Source: Eledone cirrhosa (taxonomy: Eukaryota). Taken from it: DNA of 64,000 nucleotides. Location of the stretch: assembly GCA_964016885.1 (NCBI GenBank), contig OZ024752.1:3596001-3660000 (forward strand), written 5' to 3'. Numbering within the stretch: the stretch's first letter is position 1; each line of letters starts with the position of its first letter. The notes below the pieces were generated by a model. The model searched no databases, was not told the origin of the DNA, and saw nothing but the letters and a program-made list of their open reading frames with translations. Of the stretch, positions 1 through 13,742 are shown one piece after another. A program made the translations under genes and the position numbers.

Positions 1-770
1 AGTCCAATCAACCTACCCCTCCCCATCCCCATTATTCTGCGACACTAGAGTCCTTGCCATTCCCACCTTTTTAAGTTTGTTTTCCCCTTTTTCTCTATAT
101 TTTCCTAATTTACATCCCATTGTTTCTTCTCAATCTAAATTTTCTTTTGTTTTTCTTTTTCTATTAAACTGTATTTACATGATATATTCCATAAATAAAT
201 AGAATATCTATAGGTACTTCTTATGAATTTTCAGTTAGGCAGCTTCAACAATTCCTAAGTATAATTTAACTAACAAGTATACGAACTAACGATGAAGCTT
301 TTAGATGAAGATGTTTACGCTATTTATACACGAGGGAAAATCATGACTTGCGCATATTCACTTCATTTCATAATAGGGAAGTTGACCCGGATTCTGTATC
401 TGTTCAGCTCATTATTTTCTTCAAAGAAAACAATGTTCATTGTTTTAAAATATTTAAAGTGATTAATTTGTGTTTTTCTCCAAAGGCATTAACAATAGGT
501 CAATGGCCTTGTGGTGATTAGTAATTGAAGAACTGTTGTTTTACTTTTTATATTTTCTTTAAATAGGAATCAAATATTGATTGTCAATTATCTTGTCGTT
601 TTTTGTCGGACAATATTTCCCAATGATTCATCAAATGCTTGTTCAGATGGATTGTGCTACTGCTGTTACTGATTGGTTATGTTGGTGGTTGTGTTGATGG
701 TATGAAACTTGATTGTTAGCCAACGAAATATTGGATATTCATTATTAATATTAATACTTTTAATATTATT

Positions 771-929
771 TTACGTTCTGAGCTCACATCCCACCGAGGT
801 CAGCTTTGCCTTTCATCGTTACAGGGTCGATAAAATAAAATACCAGTAATACACTGGGTTCGATTTAGTCGACTTTTGCATCCTCTACAAAATTGCTGAC
901 CTTGTGCCAAATGTACAAACAATATTATT
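771..929 (+). mobile_element. tRNA-derived SINE, 5'-truncated copy
   Basis: B-box-like GAGCTCACATCC followed by core GAGGTCAGCTTTGCCTTTCATCGTTACAGGGTCGATAAAATAAAATACCAG; the same core recurs many times in the window. Confidence 0.8.
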
Positions 930-1279
930 ATGGACTTCCGTGAGTTTTCTGCTTGTCTACGTGTGCGTGTAAGTTCCTATGTGTGTGTGTACAAAGAGAT
1001 GTGCTCGATAATTCTTTACCTGTGCTTTGCAACTTTTTCGCTCCCGTAAGTTATAATTCCCACCGTCTCCTTCCATTCCTCTTCTGTAACTATATTCCCC
1101 CTTAAAGCTTTCCTTTAACAATGCTAGTCATATTTGTCAATTTTCAGGCTGAGACATTTTTCTTCCCTCCCTCACACACACACACGCAAACACACACACA
1201 CACACACATCTATCTATCTAACTATATGTGCGTTATGGTCCACCTGATTACTTACCACACTTCCTTCGTTAACTATATA

Positions 1280-1343
<64 letters not shown>

Positions 1344-1522
1344 AAGGTTAAACAAGGTTCGATGAATAAATCAAGCTTTCTTACACGCACCCTCTGTATT
1401 ATATGTAAGTTTTTTCATGTATCAATCTTAAGGTATATAAATATTGAGTTTTGTCATATCTTACTCACTACCAAGACTGGAACTTAACCATCTACTATGT
1501 CAGGGTATGTCATGCATCATCT

Positions 1523-1589
1523 TATTTTATCTGATGAGGACGTACTGTTGAAGTTAGCTCAGTACCTCTGAAATATGTATAATAAAATA
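1523..1589 (+). ncRNA. Minimal type I hammerhead ribozyme, intact core
   Basis: Stem I TATTTTAT(1523-30)/ATAAAATA(1582-89); CTGATGA 1531-37; stem II GGAcGTACTG/CAGTACcTCT; GAAA 1570-73; near-palindromic TATGTA; UA 1580-81. Lies in a ~290 bp island between TA tracts. Confidence 0.85.
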
Positions 1590-1684
1590 TACTTGATCAC
1601 AATGAAGTTCTATTTTTGTTAATATTTTGAATGAATATATAAATATATATATTTATGTGAAATATTGTGGCTTTTTTTGGTTGT

Positions 1685-2097
1685 AACTTCTCTGTTTTTT
1701 AGCCTAGGAAGATATTTATATATATGCCTACGTATATAATTACATGCATATATGTATTTATTTTCTTTTATTAATTGAGTTCTTTACACGAGGAATTAAT
1801 ATTGGTTTTGAAATAACTAATTAACCCGCGTGTGTTTTATATTTTACTCTTAATAATTCGGCCGGAGAATTATATTCCCATTTGCCCTTTATAGCATAAC
1901 TTTCTGCATTTACTGCGGTTATGAGAAGCGGTTCTTATTCGGGTACAACTTCTGATGTAGCCTAAGAAAATATCTATATGCGTGTGTAATTTATACAAGC
2001 ATATATTTATTTTTTTATTTTCAATTGAGTTCTTAAACATGTTGGATTGATAATGTTTTCAAAAAAACTAATTAACCCGCGTGTATATTATTTTTTT
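1685..2097. repeat. Diverged tandem duplication (~260 bp period)
   Basis: AACTTCT..TAGCCTA.GAA.ATAT ... AATTGAGTTCTT ... AACTAATTAACCCGCGTGT occurs at ~1685-1845 and ~1948-2095. Confidence 0.7.
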
Positions 2098-2603
2098 CCT
2101 CATTTCGTGAGTTGTCTCCCCTTCCCGCTTCGTGTCGCTATGATACTTCCTCAGTCAAAAACTGCTGGAATTTCAAATTTGGCGGTCATTCGAGGTGGGA
2201 GAGAGTAAATTTACGGACATGATTTTTGACAGCGGTAAGAAATTATTTTCTTATGTCAATGTTTAATGGGCCTCCACTGATGATTTATAAGTGCCCACCT
2301 AAATATATTCTTACATGAATATATATTAGTCTTCTACATAAACTGGAAACATTCTCCCAAACTTGTAGAAAACTTATAATGAAACAATTGTTTGGAAAGA
2401 GAGATATACTTTAACTTTAATTATATCTCATAAAATAATACAACTGGTTTTTCCACATTATACATATTGTTAGCACCCCAAACACTTAATTTGTGTTTAT
2501 ATTTTAATATAACCTAATGTTTGTTGAGTGAGATGGTTACCAGTCAGAGTTTAGCTTTAAACTATTTCTGTTATTGTATTAAATATATTTATATATATAT
2601 ATA

Positions 2604-3449
2604 GTTTAATAAATATACAGAGAGCAAAAAAACAGAAACTAATGATATTAGTATTAGTTCCACGCTTGATAGTAAAAACCAAAGAAACAAAAACAATAAC
2701 AAAGAGTGCAGTACGAACAGTATTGGTATTAGATTCACGCTTGAGAGTGTATGTGTGTGTGTATGTATGGATAGTCCTGGCTTCTATTTCTAATTCTTTA
2801 TTATATATATATCATATTTGCAACAACACAGCTCGCCATTTTTCATTCATATATGCTTTCCCCTTCGCTGTGACCTGTCTTTTTCTCTTCCCATACTGCT
2901 ATCCTCTTTCTCTCTCCCCTTTCTCTCTCCTTCTCCCTCTTACTTTCACTCATCCTCTCCTCTGCTAGTCACCTTCTCGCGGCTAGCCTCTTCCTCACAC
3001 TTTCACTCACTCACTCTCTGCTACTCACCCTCGCTCTCACTTCCTCCATCGTCTCACACCGCACGAAATTCTGTCCTCGCTCACATTCGCACGGCCAAGA
3101 TGTGTCGTTTGTTTTCTCGTCTTATGTTCAAAATAAATCATTGACTTGATTTTCTCATATTTTCCTCTCTTTACGTTGCCTCACCATTCGTGTTAGTTTA
3201 CCTGTCTCTCTTTCTCCACCCAACTCTTTTTATCCCAATAACTTAATTTAGTTATTGTTCGCCCTAGCCGGAGGTATCTGGTCTGTAATGCGGAGAAATA
3301 CATATGACGGCTAGTAGACCACTGATGATGGATAGTCCTGGCTTCTATTTCTAATTGTTCATTATATATATATCACATTTGCAACAACACAGCTCGCTAT
3401 TTTTCATTTATAGCCCTCTTTGGATTTTAGTCTTCAAATTTATTATTAT

Positions 3450-3452
<3 letters not shown>
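2604..3452 (+). mobile_element. TA-flanked non-coding element with terminal direct repeat (pLTR/retrozyme-like)
   Basis: ~84 bp direct repeat ATGGATAGTCCTGGCTTCTATTTC...TTTTCATT at 2766-2850 and 3328-3411; CT-rich interior; 3' end shared with elements at 26118 and 34264; TA tracts on both sides. Confidence 0.55.
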
Positions 3453-3506
<54 letters not shown>

Positions 3507-3612
3507 TACAAATATGAATATTAATAACTGTGGAAAATTATTTTGCTGTAGAGTGCTTCCAATCTACTGTAAAACTCATTCTTTGATGTACTCATTGAAT
3601 CTTGTTTAACTC

Positions 3613-3670
<58 letters not shown>

Positions 3671-3710
3671 GATATTAAACAAATGGAAATTACATTTATA
3701 AAACCATATT

Positions 3711-3775
3711 TATTTCATTATATATATTTCAGGGATATCATATTAAAATATGGTATGCCTTCTTCAGACAAAATA
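3711..3775 (-). ncRNA. Minimal type I hammerhead ribozyme (left arm)
   Basis: Minus strand: TATTTTGT CTGAAGA AGGCATACCATATT-TT-AATATGATATCCCT GAAA TATATA TA ATGAAATA. Confidence 0.8.
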
Positions 3776-4150
3776 CAATATATAGACAGTTTTATAAATA
3801 AATTTGACATACCTTAGAGCTTACAACTTCCATTTAAAAAGTTGTTACGGTAGTGAAAATGTTAAGGACGGTTAGAAAAAAAGACGGAGAAAAAAGGAAA
3901 AAGAAAAAGAAGGAGAAAAGAAAAAGAAAAAGCGGATGGTGGTTTTCTCTTTACATACATTTCTTCATCTTCTTCACCTTCCGCTCTTTCTTTTTCTTTT
4001 CTCCTTCTTTTTCTTTTTCCTTTTTTCCTTTTTTCTCCGTTTTTTTTTTTCTAACCGTCCTTAACATTTTCACTACCGTAACAACTTTTTAAATGGAAGT
4101 TGTAAACTCTAAGGTATGTCAAATTTATTTATAAAACTGTCTATATATTG

Positions 4151-4215
4151 TATTTTCTCTGAAGAAGGCATACCATATTTTAATATGATATCCCTGAAAT
4201 ATATATAATGAAATA
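4151..4215 (+). ncRNA. Minimal type I hammerhead ribozyme (right arm)
   Basis: TATTTTCT CTGAAGA(4159-65) stem II, GAAA(4196-99) TATATA TA ATGAAATA; one stem I mismatch relative to the left-arm copy. Confidence 0.78.
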
Positions 4216-4340
4216 AATATGGTTTTATAAATGTAATTTCCATTTGTTTAATATCGTAAAATACTCCAAAACTGTTGAGTGCTTTTATATCAGTTATAAA
4301 ATATTTACTCGTTGTAACCCAACATTTTAAATAAAACTTT

Positions 4341-4404
<64 letters not shown>

Positions 4405-4639
4405 TATATGTATGTATGTATGTGTGTGTGTGTATATATATATACATATATGTGTGTGTGTATACAAAAAGAGAGCGAGTAAATATCGAAGGGAAATTGT
4501 GAAAGAAAGCTAGATGATAGAAAGATAGGATGGTCGTCACGCAGTCACGCGGCTCACACACTCACATACAAATACACACATACACACACACACATACAAA
4601 GACACACACACATACAAATACATATACACACACACATTC

Positions 4640-5229
4640 AAATACGCACCCACACTCACTGCGTACACACACACACATATACAAATACGCACACACAGTG
4701 ACCTGCGTACACACACAAACCCACACTCATTGCGTACACACACACACACTCACCTGCGTACACACACACACATACAAATACGCACACATACTCACATGTG
4801 TACACACACATACACACATACAATACGCGCGCACACTCACCTGCATACACACACGCACACACACACACATGCAAATCGCGCACACACTCACCTGCGTACA
4901 CACACACACACACACACACACAAATACAAATATGCGCACACACTCACCTGCGTACACACACACACATATAAATACAAATACGCACACATATTCACCTGCG
5001 TACACACACACACACACATACAAATACGCACACATACTCACCTGCGTACACACACATACATATAAATACAAATACGCACACATATTCACCTGCGTACACA
5101 CACACACACACACACATACAAATACGCACACATACTCACCTGCGTACACACACACACACACGCACACATACTCACCTGCGTACACACACACACATATAAA
5201 TACAAATACGCACACATACTTACCTGCGT

Positions 5230-5260
<31 letters not shown>

Positions 5261-5560
5261 TACTCACCTGCGTACACACACACACATATAAATACAAATA
5301 CGTACACATACTCACCTGCGTACACACACATACAAATAAGACACATACTCACCTGCGTACACACACATACAAATTCGCACACATACTCACCTGCGTACAC
5401 ACAAATACGCACACACACTCACCTGCGTACACACACACACATATAAATACAAATACGCACACATACTCACCTGCGTACCACACACACATACATACGCACA
5501 CATACTCACCTGCGTACACACACACACACACAAATACTCACCTGGGTATACACACACACA
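4640..5560. repeat. CA-rich minisatellite, ~40-48 bp unit containing CTCACCTGCGTA
   Basis: About 20 repeats of CTCACCTGCGTA(CA)nTACAAATACGCACACATA. Confidence 0.9.
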
Positions 5561-5648
5561 CACGAAGCTTACTTTATTAGATGTCTCAGTCTTCTAAAAA
5601 AATGAACAGGGAAATCTGCAACTACCACCGTATGAACTACAATCATAA

Positions 5649-5885
5649 GATTACTACTACTACTACTACTACTACTACTACCTCCGTTACCACCACCACA
5701 TCCACTATTACTACTACTACGACAACCACAGCCGCTGTTACTACTACTGCTACTATTACTACTACAGCCACAACCACTGTTACTACTACTACTACTACTA
5801 CCAATACTACCACTACTACTACTACAACCACTACTACTACTATTACTACTACAACCACAACCACTGTTACTACTACTACTACTAT

Positions 5886-5918
<33 letters not shown>

Positions 5919-6029
5919 CATTACTGCCGCCAATGCTACTACGATTACTACTACAACCACAACCACTGTTACCACTAATACTACTATTACTACCACTACT
6001 ACTACTACTACCACTACTACTACTACCGT

Positions 6030-6061
<32 letters not shown>

Positions 6062-6557
6062 TTATTTCTACTACAACCACAACCACTGTTACTACTACTA
6101 CCACTACTAATACTACTACTGCTACCACCACTACTACTACTACTACCACTACTACTACTACTATTTCTACTACAACCACAACCACTGTTAATACTACTAG
6201 TACCACTACTAATACTACTACTACTACCAACACTACTACTACTACTACCACTACTACTACCGCCACTACTACTACTACTACAATTTCTACTACAACCACA
6301 ACCACTGTTACTACTACTACTACCACTAATAATACTACTACTACTACTACCACCACTAATACTACTACCACTACTAATACTACTACTACTACTACTACCA
6401 CCACTAATACTACTACCACTACTACTACCGCCACTACTACTACTACTACTACAACCACAACCACTGTTACTACTACTACTACCACTAATAATATTACTAC
6501 TACTACCACCACTACTACTACTACCACTACTACTACCGCCACTACTACTACTACAAC
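5649..6557. repeat. (ACT)n/(ACC) trinucleotide expansion with higher-order unit
   Basis: ACT repeats punctuated by ACAACCACAACCACTGTT; explains the poly-T/L/V/S ORFs. Confidence 0.9.
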
Positions 6558-6804
6558 CAGACCAAGAAGAATATAACAGCATTCATCACTTTTTACACAA
6601 TAGCCCCCTGTCAAGCAATAGGGTGCTGACATTGTTCAACGATAAAAGGAACTGGTGAAGGGGCCTTTCTCGAAGTTAACAACTAATGACTGAAACGGTG
6701 CTGTTCAGATATAGATGTCTTTAAAGAATATCATGAATAGTTAGTAAAATAGAGCTGCTGCTGCTGGTATTGATGTTCTTTAAAGTCACCGTCACCACCA
6801 TCGT

Positions 6805-6895
6805 CTTCTTCTTCTTCTTCTTCTTCTTCTTCTTCTTCTTCTTCTTCTTCTTCTTCTTCTTCTTCTTCTTCTTCTTCTTCTTCTTCTTCTCCGCA

Positions 6896-6974
<79 letters not shown>
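6805..6974. repeat. (CTT)n followed by (TAC)n microsatellites
   Basis: Directly visible. Confidence 0.95.
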
Positions 6975-6975
<1 letters not shown>

Positions 6976-7797
6976 ATTTCGTTCTTTTTTTATTATGTAT
7001 TGTTATACATAACTGCTGTTGTTGTCAGTAAGGATTTTACTGACATGTCTCCATAACTATTAATGACTCAACATGACAGACTGTCTTAAAGTAACATGGC
7101 ATAACAGCTGTATACGTAGGGGATTGATGAAGTTGCTGATGTTGATTATGATGATGATGGTGATGATAAGCAGGTGGATGAGGGTGGTGACGACGACTGT
7201 GAAGTAGGAGAAGGAGGATAAATGAGGCTGATCTATAGATGCTTTTGTAACCATGAAATCTTATCTTGGCCTTTTAAAAATCATCTGAATAAATAGCCTT
7301 GTTAGCAAGTCTCTAGTATTATTTATGTCTACGTATATAGTATATGTAGGAATATGAGTGCGCCATTTCAGATATGAATACCCTGCCCTCTAGTCTAAGA
7401 AATGGCCTTTGCTGGCCTATGATTTTCTATTGAGATGGCACACAGACAGATGAAGAGTTAGGTTAGTTTACTATGGTAATTATTGTTGTCATAATCATCA
7501 TTGTTACCAGCATCTCAGGAAGTATTACATACTCTATAAAGAAGACAAATCTGTACAGCCTAGCCACCATAAGCTACTTCCTGCTAAAAGAAATTCTCGC
7601 TTTTACACGTGCTGTCATTCATATTCCTGACTCGCCATTACAGGAAATATCACATATGTATCTGCCAAAATTTAAAGTCACATGATATACATTCCCCCTT
7701 CAGAATAAATCAGTATGAAAGTTTTGAGAATATATCGAGAGTCTGCTATACGCCCGTTTCTCTAATAATCCAGGATTTGTATTGAGAAGAATTGGAC

Positions 7798-8001
7798 TAT
7801 TCAGACCTGCCAACCTCTAAAACCTCAAACGGGTTGTACTATGAAATAAAGTGCCCCAAAACTGGGGAGGGGGGGGGGGGAATGAGGAGATTTTACATAA
7901 TGAAAGCAATACCCATTTTCACAAAAGAAGACATCTCTCACCCTCCCCAAAAGCTATTGAAAATCTCCCCTTCGGACGGCGAGAGTTGACAGGTCTGAAT
8001 A
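7798..8001. mobile_element. MITE-like element with ~17 bp terminal inverted repeats
   Basis: TATTCAGACCTGCCAAC (7798) / GTTGACAGGTCTGAATA (ends 8001), one mismatch; no clear TSD. Confidence 0.55.
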
Positions 8002-9750
8002 TATCTTGTATTTTAAATAAAAGTGTCTACGTCAGTTTTGACGATAAGTGTTGAGGGGTTTGATACGTGTAAATAACTGAATAGTTTACAGACACGTGCA
8101 GTACTAACGGTATCACCATGCTAAATCAGTTTGACAAAGAGTGACAATATTGTGCCTTTTAATTACAGGAATAATCTATGTGATGGGCTTCTGCATAAAT
8201 TTCCCTCTCTCTAATTTCACTCACATGATTTGAATCAACTTGAATTTTTGGGGTAAAATACATTTTCACGGGATTCCTCGCAACATAGGATCTCTTGGCT
8301 ATAAAAAAACAAGAACTTCTTAACTTTAAGTCTATGATGCGATTTGTTTTGTTGAAAATTAAATGAATAGTTAGTATTTTCTTTAATATTACCTGAAATA
8401 ACAACCTTACTGATAAACTCATCCAAGCCTTCATAATTTCAAGTTTGGCTGCTTTGTATTTATTTAGTGGAATTAAAGAATTTCTAGTTTTTTTTATTTA
8501 GTATTTACTGAAATAACATACTGTGGGAATGTTCAAGTTAGAAAACAGTCCAGCACTTACTATTCCTTGAACCTGCAAAAATCTATCTCCTTCAACGATT
8601 ATCAGAACATTGTTCATACATGTGTAAAATTACTGTTGCTAAATTTACGTAAACCCTAGAATCCATCTATAAAAACATTAGTTATTTAATTGTAAAATAT
8701 GCACTCCCCAAATCTTTTCTCAATGATGCACTGTTTCCCACTCCCCTGTACATGTTCACTCTATTCCATTGTATACCTTATATTGTCTGGAATATGTTGT
8801 AATAAAAACATATATTTTTTTTATGTTTAAATTTCAAATATAACTCACATAATCTTATAGTTTATCGTGTTTATTTGAGTTTCGAGTCGAACACCATATA
8901 GCTGAAAAAAAAAAAAATCCATCCTTAAGTCACAAGCTCTTTTGTAGTATGTAAATATATTGGTTATCGGAGTGCACTATTCAATCTATCATTCATTTAA
9001 GGTTTGATTATAGTAAGATTCAGCTATTTCTGATAGATCAAATACTTTTTTTCAGACTCCCTTGTCTCAGAGATGAATATTAGACATTGTTTCACTCAGT
9101 ACCCTTTTCTTGAAAAAAGGAGCTAAAGTCCTTTGATCACTGTTCTATTTAGATATTACTTAGGGCTTAGCAACAATAACAAAAAGAGAAGAGAAATGAA
9201 ATGTCAGCAAGAATATAATGTTAGTTTGTCCTAACGCATTAACCGTTCAAGCCCTATTAATTCTGCTCTGATAATATGCAGGTCATTTGAATCCCATCTG
9301 TAAATTTGAGATTGAAACATCCCTTCCTTTCCCATTTTTCTCTACGTCTTTATCTCTGTATTATTTCCGCCTAACAACAGACACCCTAACAACATAACCC
9401 ACCAACCTATACCACATCACTCTAAAGTAATGGCATTTAGAAAATTTAGAAAGACGAACTAAGTCAACATGCAATGAAATCAGAATGTTCCATTTGGGCA
9501 ATAGAAAACAAATTGAATGATATATGCTAATTCGAGCATTCGTCTCTACCGACTGATTGTGTTTTCCAGGAGACAGACGAATAAATAGCGAATTCTTCAT
9601 CCTGCTTCTTGTCACTAATGTTGTTCTTTTTGTTGCTGTTGTTCTTTTTTCCTTCTTCTTTTTCTTCTTCTTATTATTATTCTTATTCTTCATCATCATC
9701 CTCTTCATCATCATCATCATCATCATCTTCTTCTTCTTCTTCTTCTTCTT

Positions 9751-9781
<31 letters not shown>

Positions 9782-10549
9782 TCCTCTTTTTTCATCCACT
9801 ACCCTCTTCTACTTCTACGACTACCCACCACCCATTTACCCAATGTTATTCCTTTCTACCGTTCTCTCTCCCTTTATTTATTAATTTATTTATTTATTAT
9901 TATTATTTTTTTAATAGTATTGTTTCCACTTTGAAGTTCCTTTCAATTGTGTAGTAACTATTAAGTCTCTTTTGCCGGAAGTTCCATTATAGCCATTCTC
10001 AGAGCCTGCCACGCCTTTGTCGTCTTTTTAAACTAAACTACATTTCTTTACCCATCAATTACGTACTCCGATTTCTACGCAGTAGAAATTTCCACTCTAG
10101 ATTTATGTTGTTGTTGTTGTTACTGTGGAGTCTTTGTTGTTTTCTCCATATTATGTTTTCATTCTTTCGCTACTTTCGCTATTTTGTGATTTTATTTTAT
10201 GAGATATTTTTTTTTATTATAATTTACTAATTTTATTCCGCTCATTCCTTTGCTATTGATTTCCTTCTTTCATTGTCTTCTTCTTTTTCTTCCTTTCTTC
10301 GTTTCCTTCTTCTTCTTCTTCTTCTTCTTCTTCTTCTTCTTCTTCTTCTTCTTCTTCTCATCCTCCCCCTCCTCCTTCTTCTTCTTCTTCTTCTTCTTCT
10401 TCTTCTTCTTCTTCTCATCCTCCTTCTTTTTCTTCTTCTTCTTCTTCTTTTTCATTGCCCTATACTCACCCATCCATCTTTTTATCTTCCTGCATTCCCT
10501 CTCATACTCTCTCCTCTTCATTATCTTCCTTTCTTCTTTTCATCTCATC

Positions 10550-10856
10550 ATGCCCACCTCCCTGCCTCAATCGTGCCATACACCCCCCCTCGTGCCTCAA
10601 TCCTGCCATGCCCCCCTCCCACACCTGCCTCAATCCTGTCATGACCCCCCTCTGCCTCAATCGTGCCATACCCCCCTCCCCTGCCTCAATCCTGCCATCA
10701 TCCCCACCCCCCTCTGCCTCAATCCTGCCATGACCCCCCCGCTCCTGCCTCAATCCTGCCATCATCCCCACCCCCCTCTGCCTCAATCGTTCCACCTGCC
10801 ACCCCCTAGCCTCAATCCGGTCATGACCCCCACCCCTCCTACCTCAATCCTGCTAT
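10550..10856. repeat. C-rich minisatellite (TGCCTCAATCCTGCCAT-Cn)
   Basis: About 10 units of ~30 bp. Confidence 0.9.
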
Positions 10857-11077
10857 GTCCACATCAACTTCATCAATTCATTATCCTACTCCAAAATACC
10901 TTGAAAACCATCATTGTCATCATCGTCGCTCACATTTTCTCTGTTATCATCACAATCGTCATCGTCATCGTCATTGTCGTCGTCGTCGTCGTCATCATCG
11001 TCTCCAAATCTTGTTTCATATATGTTGTTGTTGTTGTTGCTCTTCTTCTTCTTCTTCTTCTTCTCAATCCCACTCTG

Positions 11078-11300
11078 TCAACTTTGTATTTCATCCGTCA
11101 GGGGTCGATAAAATGAATTAAAGTACTGGGGCCGATGTAATCTCCCACCCCCGAAAAGTTGATTGCCTTGTGCCTGCATTGGAAAAGATCCGAGGTTAAC
11201 TTTGCCTTTCATCCTTACGGGGTCGTTAAAATAAAATACCAGTAATATATTGGGATACTTGCTGGCCTTGTGCCAAAAGTAGAAACAATTATTACTATTA
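11078..11300 (+). mobile_element. Two tandem partial SINE copies
   Basis: Core ACTTTG..TTTCATCC...GGGGTCG.TAAAAT twice; tail GCTGGCCTTGTGCCAAAAGTAGAAACAATTATTA. Confidence 0.8.
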
Positions 11301-11309
11301 GTAGTAGGA

Positions 11310-12237
11310 GTAGGAGTGCAACTGGCAGCAGAACGGGAGTGTTCCCAGTTCTGTGGACCGGGGCGTAGTGACGCTAAGGAAAGACGAGAACAAGAGGGAC
11401 ACATTAGACAATGTCAGGCCCATAACTCTGCTCAACACAGAGTTCAAGATTTTGGCCAAGGTGTTTGCGAAGAGGTTGGCGCTTGTCGTCGGGGATATGG
11501 TTGGGGAGGCGCAAACTTGCACAATCCCAACCAGGTCCATACACGACAACCTGCACCTGATGCGATACATCATAAAGAGGGTCGGGTCTAAACCTGGCTT
11601 CGGTGGAGCTCTGATCAATTTAGATCAATCGAAAGCATTCGATAGGGTCGACCATCGGGACCTGGAGGCTGTCCTCAAGGCGGCTGGCTTCCGCCCGTCT
11701 TCAGAAGCTGGATCGCTGCAATGCACAGCGGCACCTGCTCGGTGGTCAAAATTAATGGCCACCTCTCGAACCGTTTCAGGTCTCCCGATCGGTCCTCCTT
11801 TCTGTACGTATTGACTCTAGAGCCTTTACTGCGGAAGCTGTAGCTGTTGCAGGGCATCCCGCTCGAACCGGGACGCGGAAAGGCTGTGTCGGCTTATGCG
11901 GACGACATCACCGTGATGGTGTCGGACACCTCAGAAATCGAGGTGGTCGGCAACTTATTGGAGGAATATGAAAGGTTGACGGGAGCAAAACTTAACCCGG
12001 AAAAGTCGGTGGGCTTGCAACTCTGCACCTGGAGAGGCAAGTCCATGCCGTCCAACAGTGTCGTTAGGCGCTGGACGGACGGGTAAAGTTGCTCGGGGTT
12101 TGGTTCGGGCCAGACCTCCAGATGGATAAGAATTGGGACGAGCTCACGGGCAGGGTAGCCCGTCTTACCCAGAAATGGCCTGGGAGGAAGCTATCATTGA
12201 AAGGTCGGGCGGAGGTGGCGAACGCGTACATCGCGCC
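11310..12237 (+). mobile_element. Tx1/L1-clade LINE RT fragment, frameshifted
   Basis: [50 protein letters not shown] across frames; close paralogue of 29905-32250. Confidence 0.9.
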
Positions 12238-12447
12238 GATTTAAAGTAATAAAATAATAAACCATATTATTTTAAATTAGTATTTTTCAACCTAGCGAAC
12301 ATGGTCATTTACAATGTGAACACATGAATACTTGTATCGGTGTTCATCCCTCTCATATATTCATTTGTATTTCACGGCTCGGAAATATTCCCTTCCTTGA
12401 GCTATTTAATTGTAAAAGACTATTTTGAGTTTATAACTCAATATATG

Positions 12448-12492
<45 letters not shown>

Positions 12493-13604
12493 CAAGAAAG
12501 AAGAGTGACATGGTTTGCTATACAATAAGGGCTTTGTGAATAAAACCCTTATTGTCTCGGAGGAATTTGATTGGAACTGAAAGGTCAGAGATCCGGTATG
12601 ATCTGCAGTTGTTGCAGATTTGATTTCTAGATTGATTTGAAATATTATATCCAATAACACAAGCTCTTTACCAGTATTATCATTACAAGTGCTCTTAAAG
12701 ATATTGGACAAAATCATATCACCCCAGACATCAGCGTGAGTCAACGTGGCGTACGTGGGGAGTTAGCATTTCCGAAATATAATTATTAACATCGAGTACC
12801 GTTGTAGTTGTTGTAGAGACACTTCTAATTAAATACACATTCTGAATTATTGTACAGAGTATAAATAGATTATTAAACATGAACGGTTGTTCATGGTTCG
12901 AATGCTGTGGTGTATTCATTTGCCTTATCTGGGTTGATGTGCGGCTAAACAGCATAAGCTGTTATTTGTACTCTACCTCTTAAATATTTGACTGGTTATA
13001 GTTAATAGTAGAGATGATCTGTGCAAGAAGTGTCTATTTTTATTTTCAATATAATTCATGACAATATATAACTCTAACCTCCATCATCATCATTATCATA
13101 CCCCTTTACTCTTCCTCCACACCATCATCATCAACATCATCATCACCAACAGCATCCACAGCAGCAGTAGTCGTATCATTATAATCACCATCCTCATTGA
13201 CGGTGGTAGCAGTAGCTGCGGCACTACTATTGCACCCTACCATTCCCTATCTACTACCATTAACGCAACCATTAACATTCCCTTATCACCATTACAGCCA
13301 TTATTTTCAACATATACACCTTCTACTAAGCTCTCCGCTACAATACTTACCACCGCCTCCATTATTTCCCCCCGCTACTATCACCCGCATTATTCCCACT
13401 AGTAGTAACCTTACAAATATCCATACCACCATTAAAATCCTTACACATCATTATCATCATCATAAACTTTACCATTACCAGTAACACCCTCATTATCCAC
13501 TACTATTAACACATTGCGTTAACTCCACCACCACCACTACAACAACAACAACAACAATATCAAAACTATTAGCACCATCAGCACACTATCGTTATCATGT
13601 GTCA

Positions 13605-13692
13605 GTGAGGAGAGAGAGAGAGAGAGAGAGTGAGAGAGAGAGTGAGAAAGTGTGAGTAGGTATGAGACAGAGAGAGAGAGAGTGAGAGTATT

Positions 13693-13742
<50 letters not shown>

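Larger units (their letters stand above)
3668..4258. mobile_element. Fold-back palindrome (arms ~270 bp, 43 bp spacer) with a hammerhead in each arm, TA-flanked
   Basis: 3668-3936 is the reverse complement of 3980-4258 with few differences; unique 85 bp extension 4259-4343 then (TA)n. Confidence 0.9.

Noticed and set aside
2277-2283. CTGATGA boxes at 2277, 17438 and minus-strand ~24777
   Set aside because: No closing stem II plus GAAA and UH geometry found
5569-6658. 331 aa Thr-rich mucin-like ORF and overlapping poly-L/V/S ORFs
   Set aside because: Open in four frames because of the (ACT)n repeat; no signal peptide or domain; a mucin exon cannot be fully excluded without RNA data
12490-12960. 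Faint minus-strand GIY-YIG-like peptide and hairpin CAATAAGGG/CCCTTATTG
   Set aside because: Motifs too degenerate to call
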